Virus record (IMG/VR): IMGVR_UViG_3300026534_000102
Coordinates: 51,312-115,311 of that record
Source: a virus
Reading direction: 5' to 3' (one strand)
DNA length: 64,000 nt
Shown here piece after piece: positions 17,301 through 28,028 of the stretch. The notes beneath the pieces were generated by a model, which saw only the letters and a list, made by a program, of their open reading frames with translations, was not told where the DNA came from and did no database searches. Numbering within the stretch: position 1 is the first letter of the stretch; each line of letters begins with the position of its first letter. Made by a program: the position numbers and the translations under genes.

Positions 17301-19484
17301 TTAAGTCCCTGGCTTTATTTTATCAGACGCTATAATATTATAAGAATCAGTAATTTCTGGAAGAATAACTGAAAAATGATACTCATCATATTCAGAAATA
17401 ATTTCAAAATACCCATTGCCGCTGGCAGATGTGGTACTTCCAATAAGTTCCCCTGTGTCTCTTTTATATAGGTGCACCGGTCTAGCTACTGGAACCCCGC
17501 CTTTTTGTACATATCCTGTGTACTTAAATTGGGGTGGATAAAAAGTAACTAAATTATCCCAGTTCGAATAATAAGTAGCTTTAATCCAATCGGCTGATCT
17601 TGCTATTTTTGAAACTCTTACTTCATCTATAATTCCATTAAAAAAATCACTAGTAGACGCATCATACTCTTGACCAATACTTGCTCGTCCATTGGATTCT
17701 ATAACAAAATTTGATGATGCTGTTCCAGTTTGATCTTGAACCCCATCAATATACGAGGTAAAATTTTTATTTGCAGCATTATAAACTAAATCCACAATGT
17801 GCCAATTATCATCGCAGACATTTTTTGTGCTTGTTAAACGTATAATTTCTGTAGCTGATGTGTTTAATAAAATAAAACTAAAATAATTATGATTTGGTTC
17901 AATCCAAAAAATAGCTCTATTAGAATTTCCTGTTACTCCGTGCATACTTAAAACAGTATCGCTATCACTCGATGGTAAAGTAGTTCCATGTTTAATTGCA
18001 AAAGTCGATGTAAAATAATTTCCATTTGAATTAATATCAGAGCAAATCCCATTTATTTCAGTATAATCATCATTGCCATCAAAATCTAAAGCTTTTCCAA
18101 TTTTGCCATCTACTAAGTCAGACGCGGTCATGTTTCCATGTGGGGTACCATTATTTTGATTAGAAGTGGAATCTAAAATACACCCTGTGCCGCCAGTTGG
18201 TTCTTGAGACATATGCCAAACTCCTACGAAATTGTCATCCCAAACTCTATTTGCAACATTCTTAGTCCAAACTTTTCCGTCTTCTGACGTGGCATAAAGT
18301 ATTCTATCCTTCGACCCATTATAACCCGCATACCATATTTTATATAAATTGTTGGATTCTTTTATTACAAATGGCACATGTGCTCGGGATGTATCATATG
18401 TACCTTCACTGTTTTTATTAATCACTAATTGAAAATTAGACCAGCTTATACCATCAGTAGAAGTAGCATATATTATTCTATGACTTGATCCATCATATCC
18501 AGTATACCATATTTTATAAGAAACACTAGATTCCTTAATTACAGATGGTTTAAAAGCATATTGAGTATCATACGTCCCCTCACTTCCTATGTTAATTGAT
18601 CTTTGAAAATTAGACCAACTTGTACCATTGGTAGAGGTAGCATAGATGATTCTAATATAAGCACCATCTGAACCACCATACCATATTTTATACGATGTAT
18701 CTGATTCCTTTATTACAGACAGTGAATAAATACTAGCAGTGTCATAAGTTCCCTCACTTCCAGTATTTATTACTCTTTGAAAATTGGACCAGTTTGTACC
18801 ATCAGTAGAGGTAGCATATAATACGGTTTCTTTATTTGATGAATTTCTTCCACCGTACCACATTTTGTACAAGGTATTCGACTCCTTTACAACACTTGGA
18901 TATCTAGCACCATTTGCATCATGAGTACCCTCACTGCCCTTATCAATAACAAGCTGGAAATTAGACCAAGTTTTACCATCATTGGAAGTACAATATAAAA
19001 TTCTCCAAGTTGTACCATCATAACCAGTATACCACATTTTATATGAAGTATCACTTTCTTTTATAACACAACCACCATAAGCCTTTGAGGTATCATATGT
19101 TCCTTCACTATTAACGTTTATTGATAACTTAATAGCTTTTTCACTCGCTATCCCTACAAACTCTCTATTAGATGGTTTAGTACTATCATAATACAAAGAA
19201 AGAGATTTATCCTGGCCCGCGAACAAAGACGGAACTCTTACCCATAACTGGGCGGTTTTATGAGTCGAATCCCAGTTTTCAATTTCTATAGGAAGTTGTA
19301 CTCCATATTCATCTTCAATTTTAATCTTATAAGATTCATTTCCAAGTTCATCAAAAATAAGTGATAAATCAGCATCAGAGATCCCACTTGAATTAGACAA
19401 GTTCAATAGCACTGGGAAATTAGTTAAATTACTACCTATTTTTGAACCATCTATTAAGATAGTTATTTTATTACTCCAACTCAT
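17301..19484 (-). CDS. Putative receptor-binding protein: DUF2341-like + 5-blade propeller + LamG + C-terminal Ig/transthyretin-like domain
   Basis: LTNFPVLL...LPIEIENWD...QLWVRVP...LYY; five ~58-aa repeats; VWDDNFVGVWHM...GKIGKALDFDG...FNGIIDEVRVSKIARSADWI. Confidence 0.75.
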   Translation of the reverse strand: MSWSNKITILIDGSKIGSNLTNFPVLLNLSNSSGISDADLSLIFDELGNESYKIKIEDEYGVQLPIEIENWDSTHKTAQLWVRVPSLFAGQDKSLSLYYDSTKPSNREFVGIASEKAIKLSINVNSEGTYDTSKAYGGCVIKESDTSYKMWYTGYDGTTWRILYCTSNDGKTWSNFQLVIDKGSEGTHDANGARYPSVVKESNTLYKMWYGGRNSSNKETVLYATSTDGTNWSNFQRVINTGSEGTYDTASIYSLSVIKESDTSYKIWYGGSDGAYIRIIYATSTNGTSWSNFQRSINIGSEGTYDTQYAFKPSVIKESSVSYKIWYTGYDGSSHRIIYATSTDGISWSNFQLVINKNSEGTYDTSRAHVPFVIKESNNLYKIWYAGYNGSKDRILYATSEDGKVWTKNVANRVWDDNFVGVWHMSQEPTGGTGCILDSTSNQNNGTPHGNMTASDLVDGKIGKALDFDGNDDYTEINGICSDINSNGNYFTSTFAIKHGTTLPSSDSDTVLSMHGVTGNSNRAIFWIEPNHNYFSFILLNTSATEIIRLTSTKNVCDDNWHIVDLVYNAANKNFTSYIDGVQDQTGTASSNFVIESNGRASIGQEYDASTSDFFNGIIDEVRVSKIARSADWIKATYYSNWDNLVTFYPPQFKYTGYVQKGGVPVARPVHLYKRDTGELIGSTTSASGNGYFEIISEYDEYHFSVILPEITDSYNIIASDKIKPGT
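18258..19109 (-). repeat. Five tandem ~174-nt (58-aa) coding repeats
   Basis: SEGT(Y/H)D...V(I/V)KES...YK(M/I)WY.G...(I/V)(L/I)Y(A/C)TS.(D/N)G..W, five copies. Confidence 0.95.
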
Positions 19485-19494
19485 GTTATTTCTC

Positions 19495-22400
19495 CTATAA
19501 TCCTGAAATTGTAGTTGGTATTACATCCCCATAAATTAAATCATTATAACTATAACCCGATAAATCATCTAAACACACTATATCATGAGTACCACTATAA
19601 GTTGTTTCTAGATAAAAATAACCTGTACCACTTGCTGATATAGTTTCATCTACTAAATATCCAGTATCTTTTCTATAAGCCCTGACTTGTCTTCCGGCGG
19701 CAGGAGAACCTTGCTCCGTAACTGTACCTTCAAAATAGTATTTATTAGGTTCTGGAAATTCTATAATCTGTATTGCACTATTTGAACTAACACCATCATT
19801 GACTATTTCTCTTTTTACCTCTGTTCCAGAAGAAGTCAAAGTAAATTTAGAAAAAGCTGGATTAAAATAATTACTAGAAGTAGTGGAAACAGTTGCATTA
19901 ATAGGAGCCGTAGAAGAAACCAAACAAGTTTTATTTTCATCTACTTTATTAATACCAACCGTAGCAGATGATGTAGAATTATTAAAATTAATAATACGTT
20001 GTTGAACACTTACATCCATTTTATTATAATTATTAAATTCTATAGCAAAGATTGTATAAGAATTAGTAGAGTTATTTACCCCTTTTTGACAATATATATA
20101 TTGGATATCTCTATAAATGTAGGCACACCCATAAGAAGGAGCATTTCCTCCATAATCAGAACTATACGATCCTATTAATAAAGTTCTACCAGGATCTGGA
20201 ACATATTCAGAATAAGAAAATTTAGCAGTTGTAGAAGAACTACTTGCACGAATAGTCTGAACATAAAACTCTTCTTGTAATGCTTCTACGATAAAATATT
20301 GACCAGTTATTACCCCAGCATCATCGGTATGTCTTTTTAAAGTCAGGGTGTGGTCATCTTTAAAATAAGACTCTAAAAAAGAGGTATTATAGTAGTTACT
20401 AATCCCATAGCCATAAAAAGAAGTTACCACAAAAGCCCGATTTAGATCTATTGTATCTATAGAAACGTCAGTATATGTAGCATCTACATAAAAATCCCCT
20501 TTCTGTACTTTAATATACTTTGGATTAAATTCTACAATATCTACATGCATATCAATATCGTCCATTCCAGAAGTATATTGTCCCCTGCAAAGTGAAATCT
20601 TTTTACTATTTGCAAACACAAACGGCGCCACCATAGATTCGTATGTTCCATCGTTACCAGAACTAGATTTTAAACTAAAAAATGGAACACAATTATTTAA
20701 ATTTTGTCGTTTTGAAATATATTTTGAAGCTTGATATTCATTACCTGCTAATGTAAGAGTCATCCTTTCTATTGAATTAATCCTATTATTACCGTATTTA
20801 TGAGTATCCTCCAATTGTGGTGCATAGCCTACCCAATCTATAACAGAAAAAGCAGCTGAAACATTAACTCCTCCATTTGACCCTATACTTATTTCTAGCG
20901 TGTCATCAGAAATAAGTGTTATCATGCACCACGAATCATTAAGATAAGATCCGGTTGTAGTACTATTTGTACCTCCAGGACGGGTATTTACATAAACAGT
21001 GATACTATTTGTATGACCTACAAATTTTGGGTAGAGGCTTTGGGTAGCACTTGAAGTAGAATTATTTAAATATTGATATATATTCTGAACATGTTCTCTA
21101 TTATCTATAAATTTAATTATAAAAACACAATAATATCCCGTGCTAGCACTAGAACTTTTATTAAATCCTACCGTTCTTATACCTTGATAAGTTAATCTAG
21201 CACACACATAGGAAGGAGCGCTACTGTTATAACTACTTGCATAAGAACCAATTAAAAATGTAGTGTTGGGCTCCATTTCTAATGAGGAAATATCTCTACT
21301 ATAAGTAGTAAAACTCCCTTCATGTTGCTCAACTTCAAAAACACTTCCTAGGTCCTCAAAAGTATAGTAAGTGCCTATCCACCAAGAAGAAGAATTATAC
21401 CTATAAAACTCTATTCCACTACTAGTAGTAAACCTGCCTCTAACCAACGAGGCATCCGCTCTTGTTGTAGAGTTATCTCTAGGGCTGCCGTGAAACATTA
21501 ATGCTGTTTTTTTCCTATCTACTGGAGAAATAGAAATATTAGAATAATTATCAGTAATAAGAATAGAATTAGACCTAACTTTTACTTGTTCTGGATAAAA
21601 CTCTACAACATTTAAATTAATATAAGAAGTTGAATCCAACCCTCCTCTTTCCACGCACACTAAGGAAGGAGACTCAAACCATATATTATACATTTGTCTA
21701 CTAAAATCATTAGCAGTACCATACGAAGATGCAAAAGGTACACAATTATTAATATTTTGACCTTTGGTTAATATATACTCAGTGTATCTTTCGTGGCCAG
21801 AAATAGTTAAAACAGTATTTTCTACCGATTTAGCACAAGAAATACCTGAAGCCAATGGCGACAAATTATTTCCTTCAGGAATGTCAAGCCCATTCCAATC
21901 AAAAACTTGAACATAACTATTACCTGCAGTGCCGCTTCCTCCTCTTTTAACCTCCAAACCACTCGCTGTAGTTAATTCACAAGAAACAAAACCATTATTA
22001 ACATAGTTCCCAGCAGTCGTATTTACAGAACACATAGATTGAATATTGTCTGATACAGCCATTGAAGAATTTAAATTAACAACATAGTCTAAATCATATT
22101 GTTTAGTTGTGTCGCTATTACTGAAAGACACATATCGACGTTGTGTATGTCTTTTATCATCATTGAATGAAATAAAAAAAGAAGTCCCATAAGAAGTACT
22201 ACTTCCAGAAAACTTTGCAACACTTACAGTTCTCCTATTCCGTCTCGTAGAATATGAAAAAATGTAAGAAGGCGCGTTTGCTGTATAGTCACTATAATAT
22301 GAGGAAACTAATAAACCCCTAACATTACTCAGTGGAGTATTAAAAGAAACATTTGTAGAAGAAGCACATGACCAATCATGAGATTCCACTGAAAACTGCT

Positions 22401-22902
22401 GATTTTTAGCTTCAAAAACATAATAATGGCCATTCAAACTACCAGAGGAAGCCCCTTTTCTAAATTCTAATTGAGAACTACTTGAAAACTTTCCTCTAAG
22501 AAAAGTATAATCAGCACGATTATTATTAGGAGATTTATGATAAAAAACCATTGCAGCATAATTTAAATCTACTTCAGTTATAGAAACATTGGAAGATGAA
22601 CCAGAAAAGGAAAAAGAACCCTGTTGAACGTCTATCTCATTTGAATCAAACTCTATTACATATACTTTACAATACTGAGTTCCATTACTATTTATTCTCT
22701 CAACATTTACATAATTATTTCCACCGGCGGATGAAAAAAATACATCCATCATATGTGCTTGAAGACTATTACTATTACCTCTAGCAGAAACAAATGGAAC
22801 ACAATTACTTATATCTTGGGATTTAGACAATACACCAGAAGTAGTAGTGGTGCTTACTAAAGTAAAATCAAAAAATTCCACAGATTTAACTATATTAGAC
22901 AT
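19495..22902 (-). CDS. Putative virion adhesin with three ~350-aa repeats and a C-terminal Ig/transthyretin-like domain
   Basis: KSQDISNCVPFVS / KGQNINNCVPFAS / KRQNLNNCVPFFS and APSY motifs recur; C-terminus resembles that of 17301-19484. Confidence 0.7.
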   Translation of the reverse strand: MSNIVKSVEFFDFTLVSTTTTSGVLSKSQDISNCVPFVSARGNSNSLQAHMMDVFFSSAGGNNYVNVERINSNGTQYCKVYVIEFDSNEIDVQQGSFSFSGSSSNVSITEVDLNYAAMVFYHKSPNNNRADYTFLRGKFSSSSQLEFRKGASSGSLNGHYYVFEAKNQQFSVESHDWSCASSTNVSFNTPLSNVRGLLVSSYYSDYTANAPSYIFSYSTRRNRRTVSVAKFSGSSTSYGTSFFISFNDDKRHTQRRYVSFSNSDTTKQYDLDYVVNLNSSMAVSDNIQSMCSVNTTAGNYVNNGFVSCELTTASGLEVKRGGSGTAGNSYVQVFDWNGLDIPEGNNLSPLASGISCAKSVENTVLTISGHERYTEYILTKGQNINNCVPFASSYGTANDFSRQMYNIWFESPSLVCVERGGLDSTSYINLNVVEFYPEQVKVRSNSILITDNYSNISISPVDRKKTALMFHGSPRDNSTTRADASLVRGRFTTSSGIEFYRYNSSSWWIGTYYTFEDLGSVFEVEQHEGSFTTYSRDISSLEMEPNTTFLIGSYASSYNSSAPSYVCARLTYQGIRTVGFNKSSSASTGYYCVFIIKFIDNREHVQNIYQYLNNSTSSATQSLYPKFVGHTNSITVYVNTRPGGTNSTTTGSYLNDSWCMITLISDDTLEISIGSNGGVNVSAAFSVIDWVGYAPQLEDTHKYGNNRINSIERMTLTLAGNEYQASKYISKRQNLNNCVPFFSLKSSSGNDGTYESMVAPFVFANSKKISLCRGQYTSGMDDIDMHVDIVEFNPKYIKVQKGDFYVDATYTDVSIDTIDLNRAFVVTSFYGYGISNYYNTSFLESYFKDDHTLTLKRHTDDAGVITGQYFIVEALQEEFYVQTIRASSSSTTAKFSYSEYVPDPGRTLLIGSYSSDYGGNAPSYGCAYIYRDIQYIYCQKGVNNSTNSYTIFAIEFNNYNKMDVSVQQRIINFNNSTSSATVGINKVDENKTCLVSSTAPINATVSTTSSNYFNPAFSKFTLTSSGTEVKREIVNDGVSSNSAIQIIEFPEPNKYYFEGTVTEQGSPAAGRQVRAYRKDTGYLVDETISASGTGYFYLETTYSGTHDIVCLDDLSGYSYNDLIYGDVIPTTISGL

Positions 22903-22905
22903 CCC

Positions 22906-24990
22906 TTAGTTTCCTCCAATTTGTTGTAAGTCATCAACCGAATGTAACGGCGACAAAATAGATGATTTTACCACTTTAGAATTAAATATGTAATTCAGTC
23001 GGTCATTAACAATATACACCCAACCACTGGTAGTTGTGCTATTTAAATTAGCCCAAATGTTATTAATATTATTCGAAGTACCTTCTAAAACATAATGTGT
23101 ATGCTCTTCATATGTTATCTCTTGCATTTTCCATTCATCTATAATAAACTTATCATTAGACCCCTTCCAATTGTCTTTTAAAGATAACTTATAAAGTCTA
23201 AATGGTGTAGTATTAGTAAACGGTATTTCTTGCCATCGTCCAAAATAATGAGAATCAAAGTATGGGGTTGCTGTATTATAATCTTCGAACAAACTTGTCC
23301 AAGAGATACCATCATTTGAACCATAAAAACTAATCTGTTTAGGAAAATATGCCTCATTACCACTATATAAAGAGGGCAACAAACTTAATTTAGAAACAAC
23401 ACGTTTCTTAAAAAAATCGGACACACTATACATATGCCATCTACGCACTCTAAACACTTTACCACCAAACGTGTTATGAACCAATAATCTATAATAAGGA
23501 TACTTATTGTAATTTTCAAAATAAAAAGTTTGTAAAGAGTCCGTAAATGCGCATGTCCCAGAAACTAAAGTCATCCAAGAATTTTCATCCGCGCGAAGAG
23601 GAGAAGTAAAGCCCCCTTGAAAACTGAACTCTTTAGGCATATAATCTACCCCTTCCCCTTCAAAACTAAATACATTAAAGGCTTCTCCAGGCAGAGAAAA
23701 CTCTAAAGCAATCCACCCAGATTCATCTTCAGCCTCCCAATACCTTTTCCCGGCAGCGTCATAAATTTTAGATTCATCTGATTCTTCTAAGTATAAGAGA
23801 CCTGAAGAAGAATTATACTTATATGGATACACAGCTATACTATTTTTTACCAAGTCATCCTTATTTTTACTGAAATCTATAATTATTTCAGCAGTAGAAC
23901 TGCCGGTTATTTCTAAATAACTATTGGAACTACCAGTTATATTATCAGATAATTTATACGGCTCTCCATTCGGAGTAACAGTGTGATAAAACACCACGTC
24001 AGTAATGTCTGGACCATAAGCACTAAAGTCAATTGGTGGATATTCCACATATTCGTCTGGAATATACAAATTAGACAAATCTATTTCTACCTCTTTTGAA
24101 TAAAATTTTCTAGCCAAAACCCAAGATAAATACACAAAATAAGATCCATGGTAAGAATGTCCCATAAACCCAAAATCGTTTAAACGTGTATCTCCTTCTT
24201 TTTGTCGTTCAATCGTAGTAAAATTAGTAAACCCATCATCTCTATAAACAGCATAACGAACTCTATCTGTAGGTTCATAATAACTTATAATATGTCTGCT
24301 ATAAAGATGTTGTTTGCCTGATAAATCAGAGTATGTCTTATATGATCCAAGTTGTGAATTTGAAGTTATGTCCCCGTTAGAGTAATAACGAGTATTAAAT
24401 GGATTTTCGTCGCCATTAATTTGAACTGTGAATGAAAAGTCCCCCCAACGGTGAATATCCCAAAATGTGGCAAACTCAATTTCCCATTCCACCAAACTTT
24501 TAAGGGGTTTTGTTTTTGTAATTAAATTTGGTACATAATACGCAATCTCTAGTCCATTAGGAGAAAAATGCGTGACACCACTATGATTCCATTTATTAGT
24601 ATTTAGAAAACCACTCCTAAGATCATCCACAAAATAAAATTCTAAACTATCTAAATCATCTACACCCACGTCATCAGGCCTTCCCCAAAACATATAAATT
24701 GCCTTTTTTTCGCTTTTAGCTAAAAAAGGAAGTTTTACCCAAATAAATAATTTTTTGGCTGATAAATCATAGTAATTAACCCACTGACAAAGTGCTTTGG
24801 ATCCATTCAATTCTTCTGCAAATCTAATATCCTTATCATCCGATTTTAATAAAGTAAAATTAAAATTAGATTCATTGAGCTGAATATACACTTGAGCATT
24901 TTCCCTATCACAAACACCTGGTTCAGTAATAAAAATTGGTCTTACATACGTGTATAAAGAAGTGTTTATGGTCGGCGCATAAAAAGACAT
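22906..24990 (-). CDS. Putative virion protein with DUF2341-like and two discoidin (F5/8C)-like domains
   Basis: DDKDIRFAE...IWVKLP...IYMFWG; MPKEFSFQG...YPYYRLLV; FPKQISFYGSNDGISWT...FRLYKL. Confidence 0.65.
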   Translation of the reverse strand: MSFYAPTINTSLYTYVRPIFITEPGVCDRENAQVYIQLNESNFNFTLLKSDDKDIRFAEELNGSKALCQWVNYYDLSAKKLFIWVKLPFLAKSEKKAIYMFWGRPDDVGVDDLDSLEFYFVDDLRSGFLNTNKWNHSGVTHFSPNGLEIAYYVPNLITKTKPLKSLVEWEIEFATFWDIHRWGDFSFTVQINGDENPFNTRYYSNGDITSNSQLGSYKTYSDLSGKQHLYSRHIISYYEPTDRVRYAVYRDDGFTNFTTIERQKEGDTRLNDFGFMGHSYHGSYFVYLSWVLARKFYSKEVEIDLSNLYIPDEYVEYPPIDFSAYGPDITDVVFYHTVTPNGEPYKLSDNITGSSNSYLEITGSSTAEIIIDFSKNKDDLVKNSIAVYPYKYNSSSGLLYLEESDESKIYDAAGKRYWEAEDESGWIALEFSLPGEAFNVFSFEGEGVDYMPKEFSFQGGFTSPLRADENSWMTLVSGTCAFTDSLQTFYFENYNKYPYYRLLVHNTFGGKVFRVRRWHMYSVSDFFKKRVVSKLSLLPSLYSGNEAYFPKQISFYGSNDGISWTSLFEDYNTATPYFDSHYFGRWQEIPFTNTTPFRLYKLSLKDNWKGSNDKFIIDEWKMQEITYEEHTHYVLEGTSNNINNIWANLNSTTTSGWVYIVNDRLNYIFNSKVVKSSILSPLHSVDDLQQIGGN

Positions 24991-27900
24991 CTAATTAACT
25001 TCTACCTCCCACCATGTTAAAATATTTGTGTTATAAACTTCATCTACCTTAAAATCATTCGAATCTGGAACATCTATTTTAAGATATGCATTTTTACTTG
25101 TAGAGGGATAAATGGACTCTACTTTAATTAGTGGTTGTAGTTGTATACTATTAATCAGTGGTGGAGTTAAATACCAATAACAATCAGAAACATTATTATT
25201 ATATTGAAACTTATCTATATATACATCATTTGGAGAATCTACTTTTATTTCTACATTTAAACTTCTATTATCATTAAACCAAATTGGATAAGCACCATAC
25301 CAACTATAGTATGCGTCACAGTACACTGATTGCCAAGATACACCATCATAGTGATATAAGTATAATTTTGGATAATCTCCACTTGTTCTACTAAACTTTA
25401 ATACCCCCGCGCCAGCAAATGTTGCAGCAGTTCCACTATAAGTAGTATCAATACCACTATAAGTAGTCATCGGTATTGTTAAAGTATTGCTTCTGTAAAA
25501 TCTATCACCCGAGCTATGATCCCTTCGTGACCCATATGCCTCCGTTTTCAAAGTCATTTCTTGTATACTCTTAGAAAAAGTCCATCTATAATATTGATCT
25601 GTGTCATTATTAATACTGTTGGGTCTAATTGAAAAAACTATAGTAGATGTGCCTGAAATAGCTGTAGAAGGAATATCATAATCAAATTGAAACTCAAACT
25701 CATTAGTAACATATTTATTTACATACCACTTATGGTGTGAGTCTATTCTAGTTGAAAAAGAACCATTAGGAATTCCATGACCCTTAAACAATAATCGTTC
25801 ATCTTTTATAATAGACCTATTATCATAAGTATTCCATCTATGTTGAGCTGGACGTCCATCAATAGTATAATTAAATTCATCACCAGGAAGCCAATCCTCA
25901 TCCAAGGTTAAATTATCATACATATCTTGTGGAGGGGCCGCCTGTAATGTCACTTCCGCTTGATAATAATTGTTTTTATGAATATAATACTCATAATTAT
26001 TAACCTTCGTATAAGGCAAACTAGACCAACTTAAATCCTGTGGCAAAGGCAATTTATCCTGCCACGGTGATTTTTCCTCTGGGCTCTTATTAATAAACCC
26101 AGGCCGACGTTGATAATCTTTCTGTACGGACATTATAGTTTTCACAACCTGCCCCAGAAATTTATCCACATAAAAACCTTGACCATGTAATGTTATTACC
26201 CAACAACCAGATAAATCTGAGTGAAAATAATATGCAAAAGGGATTTCAACATTAAACATAACTCTACCAAATTCCTCATCCACTGTTCGAATATACACCA
26301 AATTATAGCCTATTAATAACCATAACCCATCCTCACCATCTATTTCCATTTGAATAATAGTTCCAGTCTGACTAAAATTATAAATACCAGAATGGAACAA
26401 GCCCTCTGAAGTCACCCTGATCAAATCATTAATACCAGAACCCTTATCATTAATAAACCAACAACCACCATCAACCGTCCCGGCACATATTGTAGGTTTA
26501 ACTACATCTTTTCCATAATAAGATATTACCTCATTTCCAAACAAATCAAGTTTACTAACAAGCCCAGTTGAAGTAGAACTATACCAAACCCAATTACCGT
26601 CAGGAGTTATATCAAACCCGTTCAAAACTTTTGTTTTGTCAAATAATTTAAATGTAGGACCAGATAAATCACTATCAAAACGCACCAAATAGTTACCTTT
26701 TTTATCTAATAAACTACCAGAATTAACATACGATATATCCAAATCTAACCAAATACCATTAGAAGAATCTAATTTAATTTTATTAAATTTTAAGGTGTGT
26801 TTATAACTACTATACGAGCTCATTAATGTTTTGATTGGAGCTGTGGTAGCTCCATAAGAAAAAGCTATCAAATAACTGGTATAAGAAGTAGAAAAGCCCA
26901 CAGCCGAAAAACCGGTATCTTGATTTATATCCCATAAATAATTGGTTAAATTACCATAATTATTTACAATGTGAGTGATATTATCTTGATTAGTAATTTC
27001 AATCTCACCATCTACGGTAAATTCTTTGTATCCTATATAATACAATTGGTTTGCAGCCCTAGTATATAGTGTTCTATATACATCATACTTCATTATAGAT
27101 TCAGAATTTCTAATTTTAATGGTTTCTGATGAATCAGTCTTATCTACTTTAATTTTACTCCCATTAGAAGAATTTAAATCATCTATTACTAATTTAGTAT
27201 AATTATATGAATCCACCGTAGATTTAAATAAAACTGTAGTGTATGTCCCAAAAGTATGATTAAAAGAAAGACTGTCATTTACAAAAACATCTCGTGTATT
27301 ATAACTTAAAGTAAGTTTGTCATCATAAACCACGAGCTCCGGTGGTAAAGTACCTTTCGACCAGTTATCTTTATCCATAAAAATAAATTCTGAATTTCTA
27401 ACTCCAATCCATGGACCATTCTCAGAATTAGACAAATATGTTATAGTGTCCACGTTTTTGCCAGTGGGCTCTAATCTTACGTATGCGGTAGCAACGCTAT
27501 CTCCGCTATTGTAAATAGGAACTGGATATATGACACTCTCTCCTCTGCCCGCCAAAGTGTCTATTTTATCTAAACTCCCATCTGAACCAAAATCTATAAT
27601 ACTCTCATCACTTAATACCTGATACCCGTGGACCGTACCACTTGAAGAAGTCCCACTAAGAGTATGAAGAAGTCGAATAAATCTTGGTGCAGAACTTCCC
27701 GAAACAGTAGTATAAAAATAACCATTCCCTAAATCAGTCGGACTATCCATTAATGTTTCATAGTCTTCATTAATATATTGAAACCTTATTCCTGAAGCAA
27801 CAGTCCCTGAACTTTCTGTAGTTTCATAGTAATATCTAATTTCATCTATTTTTGTTCGGGCATATAAATCTAAATCAAGACACAAAATATCTGATGTTCC

Positions 27901-28023
27901 AAGCTGAACTACTGGCAAGGTAGAAGTTTTAAGAAGTGCTTCTATCTGTTTATAATCTAAAGAAACATTTCCTTCAACAAGATTAACTTTAAAATCTAAA
28001 TTTTGAGCTAAATTGATTTTCAT
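24991..28023 (-). CDS. Large putative virion protein with beta-propeller region
   Basis: 1010 aa; DSSNGIW, PDGNWVW, VDGGCWF, EDGLWL and SGCWV blade-like repeats. Confidence 0.6.
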   Translation of the reverse strand: MKINLAQNLDFKVNLVEGNVSLDYKQIEALLKTSTLPVVQLGTSDILCLDLDLYARTKIDEIRYYYETTESSGTVASGIRFQYINEDYETLMDSPTDLGNGYFYTTVSGSSAPRFIRLLHTLSGTSSSGTVHGYQVLSDESIIDFGSDGSLDKIDTLAGRGESVIYPVPIYNSGDSVATAYVRLEPTGKNVDTITYLSNSENGPWIGVRNSEFIFMDKDNWSKGTLPPELVVYDDKLTLSYNTRDVFVNDSLSFNHTFGTYTTVLFKSTVDSYNYTKLVIDDLNSSNGSKIKVDKTDSSETIKIRNSESIMKYDVYRTLYTRAANQLYYIGYKEFTVDGEIEITNQDNITHIVNNYGNLTNYLWDINQDTGFSAVGFSTSYTSYLIAFSYGATTAPIKTLMSSYSSYKHTLKFNKIKLDSSNGIWLDLDISYVNSGSLLDKKGNYLVRFDSDLSGPTFKLFDKTKVLNGFDITPDGNWVWYSSTSTGLVSKLDLFGNEVISYYGKDVVKPTICAGTVDGGCWFINDKGSGINDLIRVTSEGLFHSGIYNFSQTGTIIQMEIDGEDGLWLLIGYNLVYIRTVDEEFGRVMFNVEIPFAYYFHSDLSGCWVITLHGQGFYVDKFLGQVVKTIMSVQKDYQRRPGFINKSPEEKSPWQDKLPLPQDLSWSSLPYTKVNNYEYYIHKNNYYQAEVTLQAAPPQDMYDNLTLDEDWLPGDEFNYTIDGRPAQHRWNTYDNRSIIKDERLLFKGHGIPNGSFSTRIDSHHKWYVNKYVTNEFEFQFDYDIPSTAISGTSTIVFSIRPNSINNDTDQYYRWTFSKSIQEMTLKTEAYGSRRDHSSGDRFYRSNTLTIPMTTYSGIDTTYSGTAATFAGAGVLKFSRTSGDYPKLYLYHYDGVSWQSVYCDAYYSWYGAYPIWFNDNRSLNVEIKVDSPNDVYIDKFQYNNNVSDCYWYLTPPLINSIQLQPLIKVESIYPSTSKNAYLKIDVPDSNDFKVDEVYNTNILTWWEVEVN

Positions 28024-28028
28024 TTACA

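Noticed and set aside
18258-19109. Repeats as a CRISPR array or DGR template/variable pair
   Set aside because: They are in-frame coding repeats, differences are not confined to adenines, and no reverse transcriptase is present in the window.
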